Assembly: GCA_028023455.1 (NCBI GenBank)
Contig: JAQFVV010000002.1
Location: 21,762,001 to 21,826,000 of the forward strand
Direction: 5' to 3'
From: Epiperipatus broadwayi
Taxonomy: Eukaryota > Animalia > Onychophora
DNA: 64,000 bases
Under the pieces are notes generated by a model, which was given only the letters and a program-made list of their open reading frames with translations, had not been told where the DNA came from and did no database searches. Position numbers and translations under genes: made by a program. Shown piece after piece: positions 38,650 to 51,900 of the stretch. Position 1 is the stretch's first letter, and each line of letters starts with the position of its first letter.

Positions 38650-40010
38650 AAGTAAATATGTTTCTATTATTTTAACAAGGATAATTACAACTCATTTACA
38701 ATGAACTTTGGATTTTAACCAACCAACAGAACAATGTGTATTTAAAAGGGTTTTAGAACAGTGGATCACATCCAAGTATTGAGAGAAGTTATAGAAAGAA
38801 CCAACGAATGTGCGTTGCTATTTTGTTTTGGATTTGTAGATCATGAAAAGACACTTGATTCTATAAGCATTTTGCCAGTGATTAAATAATCAGATCATCA
38901 AGATATAGACTTATGACATCATCATATTCTGGAGAATATTTATCAAAATACTACCACAATGATTAGATTACTTAGTGATACTAATATTAACATTAAGAAG
39001 GGTGTACAACAAGATGACATTTTTGCAAGAAGTTTTTGTAGATTAAAATGGAAAACTAATGAAGTTAAAGGAAATAAATATTATTTAATCATCTATATTT
39101 TGCAAATGATGTGATTGTTTTTGCAAGTAATGTTTTAGAGTTTCAGGAAATGTTGCAACAGTTATTGAATGAAAATAAGAAAATAGGATTAAAAATAAAT
39201 GATAACAAGACTAATATTCAATGGATTTTCTCAAAAGAAGAAAATAAAGATTGATAATAGTGAATTAAAAAATATTAACAACTAAAAATACCTTGGTCAG
39301 ACTATTAATACAGATGAAAACATAATGGATAAAAATAACCATAGAATTAAACGTAGATGAAGCTCTTTGGTAGAAATAATATTTAAAAAAATGTCCATTT
39401 GTTTGAAAAGGAAGGTTTTTAATAAATGTGTTTTACCAGTTCTTGAATCTGAGACTTGGACATTTAACAAATGAACAATGCAAGACTTATGTTAGAGGTA
39501 ACAAGAAAGAATTGAAAACAAAATACATCGGTGAGACAACAAATAGATATTACTAAGATGAAGCTCTTTGGTAGAAATAATATTTAAAAAAATGTCCATT
39601 TGTTTGAAAAGGAAGGTTTTTAATAAATGTGTTTTACCAGTTCTTGAATCTGAGACTTGGACATTTAACAGATGAACAATGCAAGACTTATGTTAGACTT
39701 CTCAAGAAAGAATTGAAAACAAAATACATCGGTGAGACAACAAACAGATATTACTAACATCATTGAAAGGATTAAGAGATTGAAAAGTGGAACTGGGCTG
39801 GACATACTTCTAGAAGTGATGATAGTAGATGAATGATTGAAAGCCTAAACTGGATTTCAAGAGATTGTAATATATCTAGAAAGAGATCATATGTGAAATG
39901 GATAGATGAAATAGGAAAGTGTGATGGAGTGATGTGGAGAAGAGAGAAGAGAGAACAGAGAAACTGGATTAAACTTGGACGATTTCATTATGTAGTGTAT
40001 CAATCATGAC
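38650..40010 (+). mobile_element. Degenerate RTE-clade LINE (RT region) with a ~201-bp internal tandem duplication
   Basis: FVDHEKTLDS, IKKGVQQDD, LYFANDVIV, KYLGQ and WNWAGH-like motifs; AGCTCTTTGG recurs at 39361 and 39562. Confidence 0.85.
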
Positions 40011-40599
40011 TGAAAATGAGGAGATGATCATTTTATGATAATTTTCTATGAAATGATCTATAATATTAACTATTTACTAAGAAATAAATAATTGAAAGTA
40101 CATATGCGGTAATTTAATAAATGTAATACACTCACTTGCCAATAAATGCAAAAAATAGAATGGATTACTTATTCTTTGAGCATTCTATGGTTTTAAGCAT
40201 TCATTCATTGATATTGTTGAAAATAAGAGTGAAATTTATTAAAACAAAATGATTTTCAAAAAATTGAAATATATGAATCATTGGCTCTCATTGAGGTAAA
40301 GGTCTCAACCCACTTTTTTTTACTTACTATTCATTTCATATTATATATTACAGAAGATAGTCTATGCAGAAACATGAAGATATATGTCCTATTTTATTAT
40401 GGCCTTATATTATTTGAACCATAATAGTTATATTTTTGTAAAAGTATCTGAGTAAAAATAACACAGACTTTATATTCATTCATGTATTAGTTTTTTAGTT
40501 CAAAGACTAATTAAAAACTCTAATCTTTGATCTTCTGCTGATTATTTAAATTCTTTATAGTTCTTGATATCAGCACTTCTGTATAGTTTATTTATAAAG

Positions 40600-40700
40600 A
40601 TAAAAGATTTTATGCACAAACTTTCTTGCATCCATTGATTACTAAGGCTTGTACTTGGTGGCACTACTGTATGGAGAGTTTGCCACTGTTATGAGAGTTT
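40600..40700 (+). repeat. Family A fragment without ribozyme
   Basis: GATTTTATGCACAAAC...GCATCCATTGATTACT...GTGGCACTACTGTATGGAGAGTTTGCC. Confidence 0.75.
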
Positions 40701-41049
40701 CCTCTTGATTATTTCCCTGACATCTTTCTCAACAAGGCTGGTGGGTGATAATTAAAAAGGGGTGCACAATTTAATAAAAGGGTAGAAAATGTATTTTTGA
40801 GTGTAAAGGTTAAAAACAGTCATAGAAAAAAATTTATAAAATAATACATTAAACAGTTATATTAATTTACATTTTTTTGCACATTTTTCAAGAATATTTG
40901 CTTATTATTGAATATAGATATTTGAAGAAAAACAACTACAGCTTTTTACAGCACTAACTATTAATTTTCTGAGAATGGAAAAAATTGTTTTTATAACTAT
41001 AGCTAATGGATTCTGTTTTCTTCATTAAGTAAAAAAAAAAAACCTTAGT

Positions 41050-41205
41050 GGAAATGAGATGGATAGATAAAATAAGCAAGTTTGCAGGGGTGATGTGGAG
41101 AAGAGAGATTAAAGATCAGAGAAGATGGATTAAACTTGGAGAGAACTTCATCCAGCAATCGATTGATAATGGTTGACACTGATGATGATGATGATGATGA
41201 TGATA
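41050..41205 (+). mobile_element. Short RTE 3' end with (GAT)n tail
   Basis: GTGATGTGGAGAAGAGAG...GATCAGAGAAGATGGATT... followed by (GAT)n. Confidence 0.8.
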
Positions 41206-41680
41206 TTTATAGATCAAATCAATATGTAAGAGTAATAAACATAAAATTATGCTACATTACTGTCCTTTTGATATTAATAATGTATCTACAACATAATACG
41301 GCAGGTAATTTGCTTTTCTTTATTATAAATATTTAGTTTAAGCACATATGGATGCTACATTATCAAGCACTTCTATTTCTGTGCTATAATCAACAAAAAT
41401 TAAAATAATTCTGAAATTCTTTCCAACTTCGGAATTAGCAATGGAGAAAATTAAGACTAATTTAAAGATAAGCTCAGACTTTTGTAAGAAATATGTCTTG
41501 AAAAGTAATCACATTCCTTTCAATGCAAATCAATCTGTTTGAGATAATATTAAATCTGTTTACGATAATATTAAAAAAACAAGTATTTCAATATATTCTA
41601 TGATCACCATTTAATATGACAGTTCTTTCAATTTTTGCAACCTTCCTTTATTTGGAAATAATTTGTAGTTGTAAGTATTG

Positions 41681-41790
41681 TCAAATAGTAGCCTGGATCC
41701 AGAGTTAGGGATTTCTTAACACCTGCTTTAAGTATCTATCAAATAGTAGCCTGGATCCAGAGTTAGGGATTTCTTAGCACCTGTTTTCAG
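41681..41790. repeat. 58-bp tandem duplication
   Basis: TCAAATAGTAGCCTGGATCCAGAGTTAGGGATTTCTTA at 41681 and 41739. Confidence 0.9.
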
Positions 41791-42289
41791 TCAGCAACCA
41801 TTGGCTTGGCTGGTGGCTTTACAGCTTCCTGGGAATAAGAGCCATAATATTTGTAAATGTTTATTTTAAAATAAGGTCATTCATACTCATTCATTTTGTC
41901 TTCAGGAAAATTCAATTGATATTTCAGTTAAAATCTATTAGGCAACTGAGAAAAAACCCATGATAGTGCTTCATCTTAAATTCAGAAATAAAAAGCCAAG
42001 AACTCATTATTCTCCCTAATGCATGTTGGTAAGTCCATTCATGTTCGCATACTATATGAATAATCATACAACAATAACATCTGCAGCAAGAAGAATATAT
42101 GAAATGAACATTATAAATTTGCCATTTGATTTTTTTTAAAGTCTTAAAAAGAAATCAAAAAGTCTTCTTTCAGTTAATCACAAACTCATTTCTGCAGCCA
42201 CACTCATACAATTATACCATGTAAAATAAAAAAATAATAATAAATTTATAATCTGTATATTAGATCAAGCTATAATAGTAAGGAAACCA

Positions 42290-42520
42290 AGTTATACATC
42301 ACATGGCTTAATTAGCTTGTATTTACAAACATAATATAATGAGTATGCTAAGCTCTAAACAAGCTTTTCAATAAATGCTACAAGCGAAAGCATTTAAAAT
42401 CTCTGTAGAAATATCCCTATCCCCAAACCAGTTTTGAGCTAATGGCACTCATCAGTGAGGCACTAGGACATTCAGACACTAAACCTTAAATGGAAACAAG
42501 GTCATAATGTTTTATCAATG
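42290..42520 (-). mobile_element. Family B element with degenerate hammerhead
   Basis: Minus strand GCCTCA-CTGATGA-GTGCCATTAGCTC-AAAA-CTGGTT-TGGGGA (GAAA>AAAA); flanks match the 35400-35570 and 60950-61130 copies. Confidence 0.7.
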
Positions 42521-43087
42521 TGATAAGTGTTAATTAAAAATCTAATTAACCTACAACTCAAGTTTTTGGTAAGCTAAATAACTATTGAAGTTAAACTTTG
42601 CCATCACTTGGGTATTAGTGATTTCAATTATTAATATACCAAAAAATTAAAATTGGTGATGACTATTAATTCATCTATCTCTAATTGATTGTCTCGCTAA
42701 ATTATGGAAACATTATAACATACAAATAATAAAATCCCTAGTTATGTTCACAACTAAATCCTTTATAGTCATCGAATATTTATCCAGTAACAATATTAAT
42801 TTACTAAAATATAAAATTAATATTTTAATTTGTGAAACGCAGATAGTTGAAACTGAAATAAATTGAGAGAATCTCTTTGTGCTGAAAAATTTATTATTTG
42901 ATATAAAAATGTATATAGTATAGGCTCCATTTGTCTTGATGACGTCATTTTCAAATATTACACAACTTATAATTCCAGATAATTACCTTCCAGTATATCG
43001 TTTAATGTGTGGAGAAGCTCAATTAAAATAAAGCAAAGTTATTCATCTGAAGCTTTTATGCATTAAGTTTCATTAATGATTAATATT

Positions 43088-43340
43088 AAAACAGGCAAAA
43101 CTCACTATACGTATTGCCACACACAGCAAGCTAGAGTAATCAATGGATGCCAGAAGGCTAGTGCATAAAATCCCCATCGAGTGCCTACTCATCCAATATC
43201 CCCAGACTAGTTTCTGGCTTGTGTCCTTCATCAGTGAGGAGCCTTGGATCTGAGAGCCCTACACCTAGATACGTATAGTGAGTTTTGCCTGTTTTAACAA
43301 CAGTTATACACAAGCATAAGAGGTGGTGGTCATGTGATGT
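43088..43340. mobile_element. Family A insertion with exact 15-bp TSD; intact core on - at 43205-43234
   Basis: TSD TTAATGATTAATATT at 43073-43087 and 43341-43355; TCCTCA-CTGATGA-AGGACACAAGCCA-GAAA-CTAGTC|TGGGGA. Confidence 0.85.
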
Positions 43341-43359
43341 TTAATGATTAATATTCATG

Positions 43360-44290
43360 GTCACAAATACTCCTACTTTAAATGTAATGTGTTAGGCATT
43401 CAGTCTCCCAACATAATACTGGAAATTGCCCAAAATATGGCAAAATTGATCAAATCAGTCTGCAATTCAAACAAACCATATCAATTCCTTTATGTGATGC
43501 TACAATTGACTCCATTTGCAGCCTTCTTCAGAACTCTACATTTTTATAATCTTCAACTTCCACAAATTTTGAATCAATTAGTAAACCTATAAATAATCAG
43601 TGTCTAAAATAATATTCTGATGTCAGATAATATTTTTACATCTTAATAATCTATCACTTTTATCCCAGAGCTCTTATCGAATTCTGTTAAGCAATAGTCT
43701 TACTGATATGATATTTAACTCCCATCCTTAGACATCAAACAATATAATTGCTAATATAATAATTGATCCTGAAAATAATAACAAATGGGATTGGTAATAT
43801 TATAATCAAATTTGAAAATAATCATAAACAAACTGCTAATCTTGTTCTCACTGATAATCACATTAATAAAACACATTTTTAAATCCCAAAAAAATAATAT
43901 CATATATAATTTCTACAGATCAATAATAAATATTTGTGGCCTCAAATCCTATCATAGAATAATCCAATTAAAGCAATTTATGAATTTTCACCTTGATGAT
44001 GTATCAAATAATGTTATTAAAATTAAAATCTTTCTTTCAAACTCCCCAACTTTTCTTGTAGCTATCAAACATAATCGTGTACTTATCACAAAAACCCTAT
44101 CTATCCAGTTTCAAAGGTTTCATTATTATGAAGAGTAAAAATAGACCAAAAAATTATTTCATAAATTTCTACCTCTTCTATTTTTCTGATCAAATCTATA
44201 TTAATGTCACTGTTCACTTAATAAAGCAAAAAGATGTAGTTATGACAATGCATAATACTCTGCACTATTGGCAATTCATAAAGCTGCAAC
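43360..44290 (-). mobile_element. Highly degraded LINE remnant
   Basis: Broken minus-strand frames LKKAANGVNCS...YGLFELQ...INFAIFW resemble LINE RT C-terminal text. Confidence 0.35.
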
Positions 44291-45060
44291 CCCTATAATT
44301 AATAATGAACTTTCCTGTTTTATTAGCACCATTCTTACATTTTTATATATTTATCTAAAATTTATTGTTTATAGTACAATATACCATTGCATATTACTTT
44401 AAAACAAGAAAAACTCATTATACGTATTATTGTAATAACAGTTAAGAGCAAGCATAAGAAATAGTGACCATGTGATGTTTATTGGCATATTACTTTGTAT
44501 GATTCCTTATGTAGCAATTATATTTTGCGTTAATTGATGTGTTGTGTAAGCTAGGTCTAATATCAGTACTTGCTAGTACCCTCAACACTGAATCTGCATT
44601 TAATGCAGTTCACATCAAATTGTACAATCTATACACAGATGGACTACTTAATGGAGATAAGATAATAGGAGTAATGAGCAATATACATGCAGTTTGGGTT
44701 GGTAGAATTGCAGTCCAAGATACATTACTTGAAAACTAAACTTTTTTTAAGAAATTCAATGGCACAAAAATCTACTTACTGCTTTAGTCATGTGGAGTAT
44801 AGAGAAAAATATGACTGTTAATATGACAAACAGGTTGCTATGACTCACGATCTCGATTTATAGTACTTATATTCAGATACTGCAATCCAAGATTACTCAC
44901 CTTCCTCACCAATCTCTTTATTATATCCACTATATTAAAAGACATGGATTTACACTGACTTAATCTGTCAACTTTTATTTTTTATCACTTATCTAACTTC
45001 TGTGACATTTTTTTTTGAACATGCATGAGTTATACTCAATTTACATGAACTTCCCTTATC

Positions 45061-45508
45061 AATACAATTTATCCAAACCGCTTCAAACACTTTTTAGCAC
45101 AACTCTTTATTTGTACATATACATACATCTACATTTCGACTGACCTGCAGTCTTCTTCAGAGCAAGTTTATTTGCTCTGAAGCTTCAAACACTTTTTAGA
45201 ACAACTCTTTATTTGTACATATACATACATCTACATTTCGACTGACCTGCAGTCTTCTTCAGAGCAAGTTTATTTGCTCTGAAGAAGACTGCAGGTCAGT
45301 CGAAACGTAGATGTATGTATATGTACAAATAAAGAGTTTTGCTAAAAAGTGTTTGAATAAACTTGCTCTGAAGAAAACTGCAGGTCAGTCAAAACGTAGG
45401 TGTATGTATATGTACAAATAAAGATTTTGCTAAAAAGTGTTTGAAGTGCTTTGGATAAATTGTATTTATAGGATATTACGGCAAAAATATAGAAAATGTG
45501 ATTTTGGT
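45061..45508. mobile_element. Family D: four ~90-120-bp hammerhead-like units (two minus, two plus), 13-bp TSD, 42-nt tail
   Basis: TSD AACTTCCCTTATC at 45048-45060 and 45509-45521; unit CTGAAGA-A-GACTG/CAGGT/CAGTC-GAAA-CGTA...AATAAA. Confidence 0.82.
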
Positions 45509-45877
45509 AACTTCCCTTATCTATAATTTTATCATCAGTTCCCACTGACTTTAAGTTAATACTACCTATTACTTCCAGTGTCATTATAGTTATTATTGAC
45601 ATTCTTAACACAATAACTTTAATATCAAAATCAAATTGCACTTTTAAAATCTTATAAATAAACTAATGTTAAGTCGTATCTAGTTGTGAATTGTTAAACC
45701 CATAAATTATAAGCAGAAGCCAACTATCTCCTTTGTCTTTTTAACTAAAATAACATGATCTTACAATTGCATAGGATTATTCCAAATCTTTAGAAACTTA
45801 CTAATAATATATTAAATTATATTAGGTCATATTTTTCATGGCTCAAAGATTCTTCTCTTACTTATAAAATGTAACAG

Positions 45878-45977
45878 TTTTTTTTTTTTCATATGTCAAA
45901 TGCATTGACTGGGAAGCGAACCCAGGCCGGTTGCTTGGAAGGCAGCTACGCAAACCACTAGGCCACCAATGCTTGAC
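45878..45977 (-). mobile_element. tRNA-derived SINE
   Basis: Minus strand GTCAAGCATTGGTGGCCTAGTGG...GGGTTCGCTTCCCAGTCAATGCATTTGACATATG(A)n; AAAATGTAAC flanks both sides. Confidence 0.8.
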
Positions 45978-46479
45978 AAAATGTAACTAGTTGATGTCTA
46001 ATACTGATGTTGATGTAAAAATTCTCAAAACCTGAAAACTATATCAGGTGTAGTCAAATTGTGAAATTATTCTCACTCAGAATCTCAATCTGTTGATCTT
46101 TTTTAATTTATTCCTATAATTTCCTATATAGAACAATGTATCGTGTTTGCAGCAGGCTTAATCCTGATTAGTCTTTATACAACCAGTTGTGCTCAGACAG
46201 ATTTTTTCTATCCAATCTTTCAACAAACATTAATCTTTATCTCAAAATGAATATTTTATTATCACATTCTTCGGTAGATAAAACACAATGCTCTAGAAAA
46301 TATTGATCCAAAAATTTTTGCATGCTAATTCCATCAGATTTGTTTATTCTTATACTATGCTATAAAAAATCTGTGCTCTAACCAATTTATTAGTGCATCA
46401 AGTTATTAATTCATTAATTGAATAATTGCAAAATATTTATTACTTGTCAGAGATAGTTCAAAGCCACTATTGATCTTCG

Positions 46480-46800
46480 CATGATCACCATTTCATATGC
46501 TTACACATACTGCTAATAAGAGTACCAAACTCTCCATATAGTAGTGACACCAAGTGCAAGCCTTCATAATCAATGGATGCAGGAAGTGTGCAGAAAATTC
46601 CTATCTAGTACCTACTCATCAAACATTCTAAGATCTAGGTGCAGCGCTCTCGAATCCAAGGCTCCTCATTGATGAAAGCCACAAGCTAAAAACTTGGATG
46701 CATAGGCACTGAATAGGGATTTTATATACAAACCCCTTCCTGCATTCATTGATTATGAAGGCTTGCACTTGGAGGCACTACTATATGAAGTTTTTTGTAC
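46480..46800. mobile_element. Diverged family A head-to-head insertion with inactivated core
   Basis: + strand core at ~46669 TTGATGA-AAGCCACAAGCTA-AAAA; the arms are inverted family A 3' regions. Confidence 0.7.
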
Positions 46801-47002
46801 ACTAATTATTTCTTCACATTTCATCAAATTTTTCATTATATCTGTATCTCTCAAGTGCTTATTATTCATTATTATTAAGACATCTCTATTTTGCTTGAAC
46901 CTACTATTTACTATTATCTTACAAATAAAATTATTGTATTCAAGAACTATATAGATATATAGGTATTTCTGTGCATATTTTAATACAAAAGAGATATTTT
47001 TA

Positions 47003-47112
47003 GTCATGCATTGTTAGCCGAGAGGTCATCACAACAGCCTTGCAAGCAAGTAGTTGGTTGCAGACGGTTGTGGGTTTGCGTCCAGGCCGATGCTATGACA
47101 TATGAAAAAAAA
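47003..47112 (+). mobile_element. tRNA-derived SINE
   Basis: TTAGCCGAGAGGTCA...GGGTTTGCGTCCAGGCCGATGCTATGACATATG(A)n; AAAGAGAT(A)TTTTTAG on both flanks. Confidence 0.8.
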
Positions 47113-47669
47113 GAGATTTTTAGGGAACCATTTGCAGTATTTGAATGAGCTGATTAAACAATTGGAACAAGTGACAAAAAATCTTTACTCCTTACTTAGG
47201 AATCAGATTTATTTTTTGTTGGTGATCATTTATTGAGATGTAGAGATCTTTCAAACATTAAGTGATTCTTACCATATTAAATAACTTCTAATCCACTACA
47301 AAACCTCTTTCACTACTCAACTAATCATCACTATAGATAAAGTGTTTCCAAATTAATAATCCTGGGTTTTCCATTTAACTTTAAAATCAAATTAATTCAT
47401 TCAGTCAATTGGATTAATTATTACTTCAAAATTTAATGATTGAATTAGATTTCTGATATTCATTAAAATAAACTAAGCTCTCTGGTCATATTTGGGGTAT
47501 TTCATCCAATATGCTTGCCAATTTCATCCTACCTCAGATCTTCAATGTTTATCTCTACATTAGCATGTTATGCAGAGAGAATTTTCTTTTTTTTGTTTTT
47601 GAGCTTACTAACCGAACAATTAAATATTAATCTGCTGTAAGGAATTTATTTGATAACATCCATTGAAGT

Positions 47670-47850
47670 CACTATGATTTGTATGTGTACGTTAAATGCG
47701 CATGCATATAAAGGTATAAACTACAAATGGAAATAAATATTAAGTTATAAAGGATGTCTTTTAAAATTCTATGATTCTTTTATAACTTAATATTTATTTC
47801 CATTTGCAGTTTATACCTTCATATGTGTATTTAACATACACGTACATATC
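47670..47850. repeat. Foldback inverted repeat
   Basis: AAATGGAAATAAATATTAAGTTATAAAG is mirrored by TTTTATAACTTAATATTTATTTCCATTTG. Confidence 0.75.
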
Positions 47851-48249
47851 AAAAAACATTATCTAAATTCCGAAATCTTTGCATCCTCAAGTCTCATTAT
47901 TCTTATTTAATCTCCAAATTTCTATTAAACATTTTTTACAAATCCTATGTAAGAAGTAATCAAAAGATATGTCATCTGACTACTATTAGATAATTATATT
48001 ATTTTTTTTACACCTTACAATGAATGTCTCTATTAATATTCGTAACCTCAGAAAAATGTGGGCAAAAGGCTGTGCTTTCCTTTATACTTGTTAATAAAGA
48101 ATGTTTTAACATACATATATATATGCATGTAAATTCCTACACAGAAAATCCTAAGCTTAATAAACTCTCTTGCAAATTATTTGATTTGAAGCTGGTTTTA
48201 TTTCGAACTTCTACATTTTTTTTAATATTTGTTCCTTACTTGAAATTTA

Positions 48250-49450
48250 TTTAATATTAGCTGTCCCGGTAACGTTCTTTGACTATGTTGAAGCTAGACG
48301 TCTTAAGGAACTAATTTCGCGTTGTACATTGCATAGTTCTAAAAATATTTTAGATTATCAAATAAATAAATGTTTTAGTTATATACTATAGTACTTCCAT
48401 CCCTTTCTTAAATTAATTAAAGACCATCATCTAATTAAATAATATATAACCTTTCCGGAATTAAATAGGTTTTCACCTAAATGGTAAAAAAAGGGGGCGT
48501 TTCTTTTTTTATATAACAGATTAAAGTCTTTTAAATTGTTTGAATTTAAACTGTTCATTAGCGAAACAAAATTAATTATAAGGTTAAATATATAATATAC
48601 ATACTAATTCATTTTCTCTTTTTAACATACCTGTTTTTAATTAACAAAAAACTTTTTCGGGAATAGACATTGGGAGATCTTTCGATTTTTGCGGGTGTTA
48701 TTACCAACCAATCTAATTTTATTGAATTTGTTTTAGAAAACAACAATGTCATCTTCTTAGTTTAATTAAATCAATCCCGGGATATATTTTCACTAGAGTT
48801 TACTAATACTGTATTATGTAAAAATAGGATTATACGGTTAAAATTTTCTTTAAAGAAAAAGATTAAAGGGTAGATAAAGATTCAAACGAAGATAAGTGCG
48901 ATGCGATGAATTATAGGTACTCCTGGTCCGACGATATTTTTAATAGATGCTAGATTTATTGAATTTATAAATCTTTACCCCTAGTTTCCATTTTTTTAAA
49001 TCTCATTTGATTTTTTTTTTTTGGGGGGGGGGGGTTCTTCGCTATTTTATTCCTAATTTCTCTTTTTTATTCACTTAAAAATGAAATCCATCTTTATCTT
49101 CACCAAAAATCTATTGCATTCTGATAGTAAATGGTCAAATTTTTTTGTCCTCTACCCACAAAAATCGTAAAACAAATTTAAATCTTTTTTAATAAACTGT
49201 AAATCATTATTTTGGTGACATTCGATTTTTTTTTTTAAAAAAAAAAATACATTTATAAATGTATATATCTTTAGAGCAACTTTGTATTTTCACAAAATGT
49301 TAATCAGATTGTGTCGAATTTTGAGTTATTGTTAAATTTTCCATTTCAGGTAATATCACTGATGATGAACATAAAAAAATAAGTGCTTGTGGAAACAGAC
49401 AAGATAAAAGGCTTGAAGTCCATGAGTTATTAAAATTTCCGATAATTTGG
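48250..49450. promoter_or_regulatory. CpG-enriched unique region, possible (bidirectional) promoter or first-exon region
   Basis: Visibly more CpG than the depleted background, no repeat homology seen, and upstream of the minus-strand FYVE exons; no TSS evidence. Confidence 0.3.
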
Positions 49451-49824
49451 TCGGTGCATGATGAAAGCTAATATGATTCCCAAAAAAAAATATAGAAAGA
49501 ATTAAATTGATCTGAGAAACATTTGAACAGAATCCACTATCATTGGCTTATAGAGAATCTAAAATTCAATTGTACATGATTACCTTGACTGATGCACTTA
49601 TTGTGGTTTGCTTGTAAAATTTAGTAATATATATAATATTTAAATACGTATATTGTCTATACTAAATTTAATATAACTATAAAGGAACTTAAATGCAGCA
49701 TTTCAAACTCTGCACAGCTATTCAATCCATCTTATACAACTGATACACATGACCACATACATTTGAAAAGATAAACGATTTCCAGTAAATATATTTATCT
49801 TTTTCACATATAAGTGGTCGTGTG

Positions 49825-50340
49825 TATCACTATTACTTTCAACCATTATCAATCCACTGCAGGATGAAGGTAAAGTTCAATCCATCTTCTCCGATCTTTA
49901 TCTTCTCTTCTCCACACCACCCCTGCACACTTTCTCATCTCATCCATCCATTTCACATGTGGTCACTTTCTGGGTCTTTTAAAATCTATTGGAATCCAGT
50001 TTAAGACTTCAATTGTCCATCTACTATCAACTCTTCTAGCAATATGTCCAGCCCAACTCCACTTCAATCTTTTATTTTTTTTCAATGAGGTCAGTAACAC
50101 CTGTTTGTTCTCTTACTCATACAATGTGTTTTCGATCTCTTCTTGTTACTCCCAGCATGCATCTCTCCATACTTCTTTGAGTGGTCTGAAGTCTCTGTAT
50201 TGCTCTTCTATTAAGTGTCTAAGTTTCAGATCCATAAGTAAAAACTGGCAAAACACATTTGTTAAAAACCTTCCTTTTCAAACACATAGGCATATTTCCT
50301 TTTAGTATCAAGTTATTTCTACCCAAAGCACTCCATGTAT
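49825..50340 (-). mobile_element. RTE-clade LINE 3' fragment
   Basis: Near copy of 1560-2090 (CCAGCCCAACTCCACTTC, TCGATCTCTTCTTGTTACTCC). Confidence 0.88.
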
Positions 50341-50479
50341 TTAAATATTCAGCCTGTATTCTACTCATTCCTCTTCTCTATAATTAAATAATTAAATGAA
50401 CTTATATGTGAGAGGTCAGATTGTCTTAAGTTCAACATGGGCATGACAATAATATTGGCACTATCAAGGGCTTTCAGCA

Positions 50480-50690
50480 TTTCATCCTTGGATTTTCAAT
50501 GATATAGATGGCTGAAGAGTTGGAGAGTGGAAAAAATTGAAGCTTGTTTATTAAAGTTTGAAGACTTTTCAGCATGAAATATGTATATAGGAGATCATTT
50601 ATCTTTTTCACATGTATGTGTTTATGTGTATCAGTTATATAAGATGGATTAAATTGCTGTGGGGAGTTTGAAAGTCTGAGTTCTAGTCCT
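50480..50690 (+). repeat. Degenerate family C relic
   Basis: TTTTCAAT...GAAGAGTTGGAGAGTGG...TTAAAGT(T)TGAAG...AGCATGAAATATGTATA; the CTGATGA half is deleted. Confidence 0.6.
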
Positions 50691-51900
50691 TATAATTACA
50701 TATATATATACACATATATTTGTAATATATATTTTGTAATGTTAAAATTAAACAAATATTTGAGAATTTTTAATAAAAACAAAGAATTAATATTGTATTA
50801 TAGAAGAAATAAGTTAATTAAAAGATAAACCATAGGAGCTATTCCAAAAAAAAAAAAAAAACATCTAGGATTAATTACTGCTTATAAAAATATGAATTAA
50901 TCGAATAATATATCCAATTATATTTGTTGTCTATGAAAATGTTTTTTAACATAAATATTGTAATGGTATTTGCCTAAAACTCTTTGTTAATTGTGTCATA
51001 TGTATTGAAAGAATTATCAAGATTATACACAAACTCCCATTTATTATTAGTATTTTCCATATGGTCACAGTTAGGATTGATGATGATGATCAAGAAAGTG
51101 TCTATTTTCTCTATTGCTACTCCTATACACTCACTGTGAATAAAAGCTCTATTTTCTGATCATCATCATTCTATGGCAACCACTTTTTTGACAATTAGTT
51201 CCAAAGATCACTCCACAATGGTAGCTTAACTGTGAGACTTACGGCAATGATCAAGGCCTCAGCTGTGTCATCTTTCATCACAGAAGATCTACGAATGAAC
51301 ACAATTAAGTCAGATCTCAACTTTACAATCCCTACATTTGTTAATATTCTAGCAAAAACGCAGTTTAGAGAATGAACTCATCCATGGTCCAGATTGTGGA
51401 ATGCGACAGTGAACCAAAATAGCACATAATTAAATGTTTTTTACTGTCTTAATAACAAAATTTATTTACTAACTAATAAAGAAAATATAAAATAATAATA
51501 ATAAAAAATTGAAAAATTATAAATACATTGATTACCATTTCTTTCCTGATAAATATACCTAATAACCATAAATAGGTGCAAATAATATAAAGTACTAACT
51601 AATAACATAATACATTAATTTCTAACACAATGTCTACATAATATGATGTGGCTGAGACAAATTTTATACCCGTGTAAAATAAATAATAAGAAGAACAAAT
51701 GTTAATGGCAACTGTGTAATATACTTATTTAGATAATTTACCATAGATTTAGTGGTAGATTGTAAACTTATAGATATTAATTGATTCATACCGTTTATTA
51801 GGTTATTCTAATACAATTGACTTCAGAATCTTTTCAACCAGGCAGTATTTTTCTTGATATATTTTTACAATACTTTTGTTTAAAATATGTAGTATTTGTT

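Noticed and set aside
40129-40180. Possible upstream FYVE exon (NAQRISNPFYFLHLLA, GTGAGT donor)
   Set aside because: The open frame ends in phase 1, whereas the 37301 exon needs phase 2; the phase-2 frame has a stop and no ATG.
43490-43535. CTGAAGA followed by a hairpin on the minus strand
   Set aside because: No GAAA after the stem; it lies within a probable LINE remnant.
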